The translations under genes were made by a program, and so were the position numbers. A model generated the notes under the pieces. It worked only from the letters and a program-made list of their open reading frames with translations, did not search any database and had not been told where the DNA came from. This document shows positions 54,411-61,174 of a DNA stretch of 64,000 bases, piece after piece (position 1 is the stretch's first letter; each line of letters starts with the position of its first letter). This DNA comes from an uncultured Spirochaetota bacterium (lineage in GTDB: Bacteria > Spirochaetota > Spirochaetia > SZUA-6 > Fen-1364): positions 134,886 through 198,885 of the forward strand of contig CAVTHO010000005.1 of the NCBI GenBank assembly GCA_963734545.1, written 5' to 3'.

Positions 54411-55333
54411 GTGCCGGCCCCTTCGATAAAGTAGTCGTCGATATGATCCAGCATCCAGCGCGCCCTCCGCTGGTTGATGATATTGACCAGCCGGTCCGGC
54501 ACGTCGGCGTTCACGTCCACGGCGAGCGCCTTGCCCAGCAGGTCCCGATACTCGTCGGCATTCTGATTCTTCACGCACACCGAGGTGGCGAGCGCGAGGT
54601 AGGGTCCGACGCGCAGGCCCCGGGACAAAGACAGGGCGCGCGCAAAATGCTCGCGCGCCCTGCTTTCGCTTCCGCCAAGGTCGGCGGGGGCTGATCCGTA
54701 ATACGTGATGAAGATTTCGTGCACGGCGCCCGCGCCGTACGCGTCGTCCCAGTCCTGCACCTGCTGCAGCAGAGCGATGGCCCGGGGCAGGGTCACGATC
54801 TGCGCAAAATCGAATGGATCGGCGCTGAACGCCGCCATCCAGGCGGCGCTCGCCCAGTACAGGTAGTCCACGTCCTCCCGACGTGTGAGACGCAGCGCTG
54901 CGGCCGGCCCGTCATTCTCCAGGGCGGCGCGAAAGCCCGGACGCCGGAGCTCAAGCCCGCGCAGGACGTATTCGCGCGCACGGAGGTAGAGTTTCTTGGC
55001 TCTGAGGCGCATCGCCTTCTGCTCGTCCACGTTTTCGACGGGCATCTGGTCCGCCGGCGCCTGGACGAACGCGAACGCGTAGCTGACGAAGCTCCGTCCG
55101 GTGGCCAGCGCCAGCGCCGCGTTGTTCGGATCCGCCTCCAGGAGCGCCTCGTACGTCTTCATGGCAAAGGGAAGCGCGTCCCGCACGAGCTCAGGATCGT
55201 CGTCCCCGGAAAAGGTGGTGCTTTCCCCGCTTTGGGAAAGGAATCCGGCAACGGCTCGAACTGCCAGCGTCGAGCAGGAGGACAGGAGCAGCAGGGCGGC
55301 AAGGAGAGCGGGGGAGAGAAGACGCCGAAACAT
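54407..55333 (-). CDS. TatT-family TPR lipoprotein (TRAP-transporter-associated)
   Basis: Lipobox LLLSSC. DDPELVRDALPFAMKTYEALLEADPNN... and helical-repeat content typical of TatT. The stop overlaps the binding-protein ATG as ATGA. Confidence 0.65.
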   Translation of the reverse strand: MFRRLLSPALLAALLLLSSCSTLAVRAVAGFLSQSGESTTFSGDDDPELVRDALPFAMKTYEALLEADPNNAALALATGRSFVSYAFAFVQAPADQMPVENVDEQKAMRLRAKKLYLRAREYVLRGLELRRPGFRAALENDGPAAALRLTRREDVDYLYWASAAWMAAFSADPFDFAQIVTLPRAIALLQQVQDWDDAYGAGAVHEIFITYYGSAPADLGGSESRAREHFARALSLSRGLRVGPYLALATSVCVKNQNADEYRDLLGKALAVDVNADVPDRLVNIINQRRARWMLDHIDDYFIEGAGT

Positions 55334-55455
55334 GATCTACATCCTCACCCGCATAATATACGGATGCGGGCGGGTCTGCCTATGCTCTGCCGGCACTCCC
55401 GTCGCCGGGCCGGGATTGACGCGGGGCGGCAAACGTCCATAGATTCAGGCTGGTC

Positions 55456-56133
55456 ATGCCAGTCCGCTACCGCTGCATCCTCATTGATCACGACGACACG
55501 GCGGTCGACAGCACCGCGGTCATCCACTACCCCGCGCACCTGGACGCGCTGCGCACGCTTCGCCCCGGGTACCCTCCTCCTTCCATCGAGCAGTGGCTGG
55601 TGCGGAACTTCCACGGCATCATGGAATACCTCGTGGGCGAGCTCCACCTGACAGAAGCGGAGCTTCGGGCCGAATTCGAGATCTGGCGCAGTTGGACCAC
55701 CAGCAGGGTGCCGCCGTTCTTTCCCGGCTTCCTCGAGCTGCTGGCCGACTACCGCAGGGAGGGCGGTCGTGTGGCGGTGATATCACATTCGGAGAAAGAC
55801 ATCATCGAGAGGCATTACCGCGCGGCGCAGGATCCGCCCTTTCTGCCGGACCTGATCTTCGGCTGGGATCACGCCGAGGAAAAGCGCAAGCCCAGCCCGT
55901 GGCCGGTGCGGGAAGCGCTGCGGGAGTTCGGCTGCTCCCCCTCGGATGCCCTCATCGTTGATGACCTGAAGCCGGGCGTCCTGATGTCCCGTGCCACGGG
56001 TGTCCCTTTTGCCGCGGCGGGCTGGAGTCACCGGGTCGCGGAAATCGAGAGATACATGCGCGCGCACAGCGTGGCCTACTGCCGGCGGGTAGAGGACCTG
56101 CGCTCCCTTCTCCTTGACGGCACGTCGCCTTGA
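55456..56133 (+). CDS. HAD-superfamily hydrolase (subfamily IA-like phosphatase)
   Basis: LIDHDDTAVDS (motif I), VISHSEK (motif II), KRKPSP, IVDDLKPG (motif IV). Confidence 0.75.
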   Translation: MPVRYRCILIDHDDTAVDSTAVIHYPAHLDALRTLRPGYPPPSIEQWLVRNFHGIMEYLVGELHLTEAELRAEFEIWRSWTTSRVPPFFPGFLELLADYRREGGRVAVISHSEKDIIERHYRAAQDPPFLPDLIFGWDHAEEKRKPSPWPVREALREFGCSPSDALIVDDLKPGVLMSRATGVPFAAAGWSHRVAEIERYMRAHSVAYCRRVEDLRSLLLDGTSP

Positions 56134-56178
56134 GGACTGCCCGGAATCCGACTATACTTATCTACGATCCATGAAGCC

Positions 56179-57375
56179 ATGAAGCGCGATACCCTGAAGT
56201 TGCTCCGCACCAACGAAACTCTCGCCAATATCAAGGATTTGGACTCCCTGCTGGAGAATGTCCTCACCGAAGCGCGCCATTTCCTGAACGCTGACGCCGG
56301 GACCATCTATCTGGCGGCTCGCGGCTTCCTGTATTTCAGCTTCGTGCAGAATGACACCCTCTTCCGGGGAGAGACAAAGGACAAGTACATCCCCAGCGGC
56401 GCCTTCATACCCGTGGACAAGACCTCGCTCGCGGGCTACGTGGCCAAGACGGGAGAGACGATCCTCATCGATGACGTCTATCACATCCAGAATGATCTCT
56501 CCATCACGTTCAACCCCGTCTTTGACCAGAAAACCAACTACCGCACGACCTCGATCCTTGGCGTCCCCCTGAAGACCCGGGAGGACGAAATAGTCGGCGT
56601 GCTGCAGCTCATCAATGCGAAGAACGAAGCGGGAGAAGTGGTGGCCTTCTCCATGCAGGACAAGCTGTTCATCTCCAATTTCGCCTTGAACGCGGCGGAC
56701 GCCATCGAACGGGCGCGGTTGTCCCGGGAGATGGTCCTGCGCATGGTGGAGCTCGCGGAGCTGCGCGACCCGTATGAAACCAGCGAGCATGCCAAGCGTG
56801 TGGGAGCCTACGCGGTCGAGCTCTACGAGAAATGGGCCACCCGGCGCAGCGTCTCCATACGGGAGATCAAGAAGGTGCGTGACGTGCTGCGCACCGCGGC
56901 GATCCTTCACGACGTGGGGAAAGTCGCGGTCAGCGACGTGATACTCAAGAAAGCCGGCCAGCTCACCTACGACGAAAAGATGCTCATGCGCAAGCACACG
57001 ATCCACGGGGCCCGGCTCTTCAAGAGGACCACTTCCTTCTGGGACTACATGTCGGCGGAGGTCGCGCTGAATCACCATGAGAACTGGGACGGAAGCGGCT
57101 ACCCGGGCAAGATCGACGACATCTATGCGGAAAAGATCTACATGGGGAGAGGAAAGCAGGGCACGGAGATCCCCCTCTCGGCACGGGTCGTCTCCATCTG
57201 CGACGTCTACGACGCCCTCATCTCGCAGCGCGCCTACAAGAAGGGCTGGCGGCAGGAGCACGCGCTCCGCTACATTCGCTACCAGGCGGGGAAGAAATTC
57301 GACCCCGAGCTCGTGGGCATCTTTCTGAAAATGGGAGACCTTCTGAACGCCATCGTGAAGAAGTACAGTTACTGA
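56179..57375 (+). CDS. GAF-domain HD-GYP phosphodiesterase
   Basis: N-terminal GAF (GYVAKTGETILIDDVY). HD region AAILHDVGK. HHENWDGSGYPGK, the HD-GYP signature. Confidence 0.85.
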   Translation: MKRDTLKLLRTNETLANIKDLDSLLENVLTEARHFLNADAGTIYLAARGFLYFSFVQNDTLFRGETKDKYIPSGAFIPVDKTSLAGYVAKTGETILIDDVYHIQNDLSITFNPVFDQKTNYRTTSILGVPLKTREDEIVGVLQLINAKNEAGEVVAFSMQDKLFISNFALNAADAIERARLSREMVLRMVELAELRDPYETSEHAKRVGAYAVELYEKWATRRSVSIREIKKVRDVLRTAAILHDVGKVAVSDVILKKAGQLTYDEKMLMRKHTIHGARLFKRTTSFWDYMSAEVALNHHENWDGSGYPGKIDDIYAEKIYMGRGKQGTEIPLSARVVSICDVYDALISQRAYKKGWRQEHALRYIRYQAGKKFDPELVGIFLKMGDLLNAIVKKYSY

Positions 57376-57405
57376 GACGCGGGAAAGCATTGAAATCGGG
57401 CGGAG

Positions 57406-57744
57406 GTGAGTGAGATGTTCTGCCAGAATTGCGGTAAAGAGCTGTCCGACCAGGCCTCGTTCTGTCCCCACTGCGGTCATCCGCAGCGCTCCCCGGGCCT
57501 GGGGCCGGGGTTCCGAAACGACAAGAACGTCAGTCAAAGATCCCGGCTGGCGGCGCTGCTGCTGTGCTTCTTTCTCGGTGTGTTCGGCGTGCACCGTTTT
57601 TACGTGGGCAAGATCGGGACGGGCGTGGCCATGATATTCACTGCCGGCGGACTGGGGATCTGGGTCCTGATCGATTTCATCATGATTATCGTGGGCGGGT
57701 TCACCGATATCGACGGGAAGTACGTGCTGGACTGGCAGGTCTGA
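57406..57744 (+). CDS. Zinc-ribbon plus TM2-domain membrane protein
   Basis: CQNCG..CPHCG, then LLLCFFLGVFGVHRFYVGKIGTGVAMIFTAGGLGIWVLIDFI, the TM2 pattern. Confidence 0.8.
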   Translation: MSEMFCQNCGKELSDQASFCPHCGHPQRSPGLGPGFRNDKNVSQRSRLAALLLCFFLGVFGVHRFYVGKIGTGVAMIFTAGGLGIWVLIDFIMIIVGGFTDIDGKYVLDWQV

Positions 57745-57768
57745 GCGAGCTCCTGTACAGTATCCCGC

Positions 57769-58824
57769 ATGATACGTCTTGCGATTATCGGCACCGGGGG
57801 CATGGCCGCAACGCATGCCCAGAGCTTTGCACCCATGAAAGGCGTTGCCCTCACGGCCTGCTGCGACGTGGACGAGAAGAAGGCGCGTGAGTTCGCGCGC
57901 GCGTGGAGAATCCCCCGCTGGTACGTGGACTACGACGACATGCTCGGGTCCGAAAAGCTCGATGCGGTGTCCAACGTTGCGGTGGATATCATGCACGCGC
58001 CCATCTCGCTGGCGGCGATCGCCCGGGGGCTGGCGGTGCTCTGTGAGAAACCCCTGGCCACGACACTGGCGGATGCCCGGCGGATGAGGGACGCCGCCGC
58101 TCGGCGCGGGGTGGTCACGCACGTCAACTTCTCCTACCGCAACTCCAGCGGCGCGCAGGCGGCGGCCCGTCTCGTCCAGGGGGGCGGCATAGGCCGGGTT
58201 TTGCACGTGGAGGCAAGCTACCTCCAGAGCTGGCTCGTGCAGGACGCCTGGGGAGACTGGCGCACCAATCCGAGCTTCACCTGGCGGTTGTCGCGCGCGC
58301 ACGGCAGCGCGGGCGTTCTCGGTGACGTCGGCTGCCATATCTATGACCTGACGTCGCTCCTCTGCGGGGACATTTCCGAGATATCCTGCACGTTGAAGAC
58401 ATTCGACAAGGGCGTGAAGGGCAACCGGCTCGGTCCGTACGTCCTGGACGCCAATGACAGCTTCGTTTCGAGCGTGACTTTTGCGGGCGGCGGAATCGGC
58501 ACGATACACGCCTCGCGCTGGGCGACGGGCCATTTGAACAGCCTGCGGGTGCGCGTGTACGGGGACAAGGGAGCCGTTGAAGTGGACCTCGACCGGTCCC
58601 CGGAGCACTATCGCCGCTGCAGCGGCGCCGACGGCATCCGCAAGGCTCAGTGGAAAGAGGCGCGCGGCAGGGCCGTGCCCAGCCAATACGAGAGATTCGT
58701 CCGCGCCATCCGCTCCGGAAAGAGCGACGTCTGCGATTTCGCCAACGGCGCCCGGGTCCAGGCGTACCTGGACGCGAGCGTAGTCTCGGACCACGAGAGA
58801 AGACCGGTCAAGGTAAAGGCCTAG
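57769..58824 (+). CDS. Gfo/Idh/MocA-family oxidoreductase
   Basis: Rossmann N-terminus IRLAIIGTGGMAATH, EKPLA motif, and a C-terminal alpha/beta domain. Confidence 0.8.
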   Translation: MIRLAIIGTGGMAATHAQSFAPMKGVALTACCDVDEKKAREFARAWRIPRWYVDYDDMLGSEKLDAVSNVAVDIMHAPISLAAIARGLAVLCEKPLATTLADARRMRDAAARRGVVTHVNFSYRNSSGAQAAARLVQGGGIGRVLHVEASYLQSWLVQDAWGDWRTNPSFTWRLSRAHGSAGVLGDVGCHIYDLTSLLCGDISEISCTLKTFDKGVKGNRLGPYVLDANDSFVSSVTFAGGGIGTIHASRWATGHLNSLRVRVYGDKGAVEVDLDRSPEHYRRCSGADGIRKAQWKEARGRAVPSQYERFVRAIRSGKSDVCDFANGARVQAYLDASVVSDHERRPVKVKA

Positions 58825-58847
58825 AGGCTGCCTGTCGGGCGTCCTGC

Positions 58848-59369
58848 CTATGGCGTCTCCTGGACCTCGGAAATCAACACCGCATTCTCCGGCGTGAGAA
58901 CCGCCACCTTTTCGCGGTTCACGCCCGCCTCCCCCAGCAGCCAGTCCCGCAGCCCGGGGCGCACGGTGAGCACGATCCGTCCGGGGAAGCCTGCAATTAT
59001 TTCCCGGCACGGGTCCCAGAGCCCGCCTCCGCCCGCCTCCAGAGGACCTATCTCGTCGACGAACAGCACATCGACGCGGTCCGCCGCCGCGCGGCGTATC
59101 GCCGAGCGTCCGAACTCCATGCCCTCCGCCAGGAACTCGTAGGCCAGTGATCCGGGTGCAAGAGCTCCCTGTCTGCGCCGGGCGTACAGGCCCTGCCTGC
59201 CTGTCGAGAGATCCCTGAACGAGTAGCTGACTTTCGTCCCTTCCAAAAGCGCCGCCTCGGAAAGGACACCGCCCAGGCGAAGCCCCCGGGCCAGAAAGAG
59301 CGCGGCAAGAGCCTGCGCGGCCCTTGTTTTTCCCGAATCTCTCGCGCCGCAGATGATCGAAATTCTCAT
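58848..59369 (-). CDS. Small P-loop NTPase (THEP1/DUF2478-like)
   Basis: Walker A CGARDSGKT. Walker B VLFVDEIGPLE. 173 aa. Confidence 0.65.
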   Translation of the reverse strand: MRISIICGARDSGKTRAAQALAALFLARGLRLGGVLSEAALLEGTKVSYSFRDLSTGRQGLYARRRQGALAPGSLAYEFLAEGMEFGRSAIRRAAADRVDVLFVDEIGPLEAGGGGLWDPCREIIAGFPGRIVLTVRPGLRDWLLGEAGVNREKVAVLTPENAVLISEVQETP

Positions 59370-59446
59370 GCAGCCTCAATCAACCGCTCAGGACCGCATT
59401 GATCTCTGAAGGCTCCTGACTCATCCGGCGAGGATATCATACCGTG

Positions 59447-59475
59447 TTGACAAATCGACCAGCTCATGGTGTAAT
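59447..59475 (+). promoter_or_regulatory. Putative strong sigma70-type promoter of the orphan cyclase gene
   Basis: TTGACA (59447-59452), 17-nt spacer, TGTAAT (59470-59475), in a locally AT-richer intergenic region about 58 nt upstream of ATG 59533. Confidence 0.45.
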
Positions 59476-59532
59476 GAATTATCTCCAATTATTCCAAAAT
59501 GTCGCAATCCAAGACAAGAAGGGACACAGGGA

Positions 59533-60501
59533 ATGCAGCTGGAGCCGGCCATTCGCAACGACCTGATAGAGCTGATCGCTGCGAACTTCAAAACGGAGCA
59601 AGTCAACGAGCTGGGAAGGCTCATCCTGCGGTGCTACGATTCGAACGAGGCAGCGGGGCAGCGCAATCACATATCACTCTCCTCCCGCAAGAGCGCGGGA
59701 CTGCTCGTGGAGCAGTGTGAGCAAAGCAACGAGACATCGGCCCTGATCAAGCTCGTCGTGGAAGTGGACAATGGCACGGTTCACGGAAGGCCGGTCCGGG
59801 TGGAAGGGCTGGAGGAGTTCCTGGGCAAGCTGATACGGACGGGCATCCACTATGATTTCAAGACCCGCAAGGTAGTGGCTGCCACGCGTAATCCGCAGGA
59901 TCTCGCCAATTGGGGCTGCCTCAAGGACGGCAGGGAGTATGACATCACCGTGATCAGCCTCGACATTGCCGGCAACTCCCACCTGGTAAGGAAGATGGGA
60001 TCACGGCGCATGGAGAAGCTGTACTTCAACCTCTGGAGCTTCCTGAAGGAAAAGCTCACACCGGTGGACGGACGCATCTGGTCCTGGGCCGGTGACGGCG
60101 GGATCATTGCGTTTGCCCTTCGGGACCACGTGGCGCGCGCCGTGCGGTTCGCGGTGGAGGTGCAGAGCACGGTCCCCGTCTTCAATCTCACCGCCTCCTG
60201 GACGTCGGCCGCTGATATCGCCCTGAGGCTGGGGATCGACACCGGCAAGGTGAAATTCTCCATTGAAACGGGTAAGATCCTCTCGGATGTCATCAACACC
60301 GCGGCGCACCTCGAAAAGAAGTCCACCCGGCCGGGCATGGTCTCGATCTCCCGCTCTGTCTATGATGCGCTGCCCCAGAGAATCGCATCGATCTTCCGGT
60401 TCGGCGGCATCTTCGAGGACAGGGATTTCTTCTCCACCGGCCGCAGGCTGGACAGCCTGCTCTGCGATGACCTCCCGGAAGACGAGCAGGCCTTCGCCTG
60501 A
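59533..60501 (+). CDS. Class III nucleotidyl cyclase-domain protein with uncharacterised helical N-terminal domain
   Basis: C-terminal half: VISLDIAGNSHLV (metal Asp), WAGDGGIIAF (second Asp), DVINTAAHLEKKS (Asn of the transition-state motif). The N-terminal 135 aa has no motif I recognise. Confidence 0.65.
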   Translation: MQLEPAIRNDLIELIAANFKTEQVNELGRLILRCYDSNEAAGQRNHISLSSRKSAGLLVEQCEQSNETSALIKLVVEVDNGTVHGRPVRVEGLEEFLGKLIRTGIHYDFKTRKVVAATRNPQDLANWGCLKDGREYDITVISLDIAGNSHLVRKMGSRRMEKLYFNLWSFLKEKLTPVDGRIWSWAGDGGIIAFALRDHVARAVRFAVEVQSTVPVFNLTASWTSAADIALRLGIDTGKVKFSIETGKILSDVINTAAHLEKKSTRPGMVSISRSVYDALPQRIASIFRFGGIFEDRDFFSTGRRLDSLLCDDLPEDEQAFA

Positions 60502-60515
60502 TCGGGGCGCTCTGG

Positions 60516-61019
60516 ATGGGCCCTCCTGAACCCCCGCGCGTAATGCGCCGGGCGAAAAGCGAAATCACCGCGCGCGCTGAGCTCGACGAGATACTCCGGG
60601 CCGCAAAAGTCCTCTTCCTCTCCCTGAGGGATGCGCGCGCGCCGTATGTCGTGCCCGTCTGCTTCGGCTGGGAGAAAGATACCCTGTACGTGCACAGCGC
60701 CCTCGAGGGAACCAAGATCGACCTTATCCGGGCCGACCCTGCCGTGGGGTTTTCCGCGTGCACGGACATGATCCTCATACCGGGCGCGACCGCGTGCACC
60801 TGCAGCCTGCAGGCGCGGAGCGTCGCGGGGACGGGCCGTGCGCGCATACTGGTCGACGCCGAGGAGCGCACGCGGGGTCTTGATCTCATCATGCGCCACT
60901 ACGGCGCACCCGACGAACGGGTAACCCCGTATGGGACCGGCCCTCTCTCCCGGACCTGTGTCATCGCCATCGCCATCGAATCCCTCCGGGGCAGGCAGCT
61001 GGGCCAGCGTACCCGCTGA
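60516..61019 (+). CDS. Pyridoxamine 5-prime-phosphate oxidase-family FMN-binding protein
   Basis: [53 protein letters not shown] fits the split-barrel PNPOx-like pattern. ATG 60543 is an alternative start. Confidence 0.6.
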   Translation: MGPPEPPRVMRRAKSEITARAELDEILRAAKVLFLSLRDARAPYVVPVCFGWEKDTLYVHSALEGTKIDLIRADPAVGFSACTDMILIPGATACTCSLQARSVAGTGRARILVDAEERTRGLDLIMRHYGAPDERVTPYGTGPLSRTCVIAIAIESLRGRQLGQRTR

Positions 61020-61068
61020 ACGGGGACTCGGTACGGGAGTGCGCGGGTACGCGCTCGGCCCGAAGGCC

Positions 61069-61128
61069 GTACTCGTTCGGAGGGTACGCGGTACGAGAGT
61101 ACTCGTTCGGAGGGTACTCCGTAAGATT
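61069..61128. repeat. Two tandem 30-nt units (19-nt identical core GTACTCGTTCGGAGGGTAC) in a GTAC-rich intergenic region
   Basis: Cores at 61069-61087 and 61099-61117. Degenerate related copies (actcggtacgggag, gggtacgcg) lie at 61026-61053. Confidence 0.75.
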
Positions 61129-61174
61129 TACATCGAATCCCGCCGATGAGTTATCAGGGAAACAATCTCGTGTG

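Noticed and set aside
56158-59379. 1073-aa minus-strand ORF
   Set aside because: It spans four well-supported plus-strand genes (HD-GYP, TM2, Gfo/Idh/MocA) and merges into the real NTPase gene only at its very start. The rest is shadow-frame sequence with no recognisable motif.
59533-60501. Pycsar/CBASS-type antiphage cyclase system
   Set aside because: No cNMP-binding, TIR, patatin, endonuclease or TM effector gene is adjacent, and the neighbours are a PNPOx-like flavoprotein and a small NTPase. The defence interpretation is unsupported by this window.
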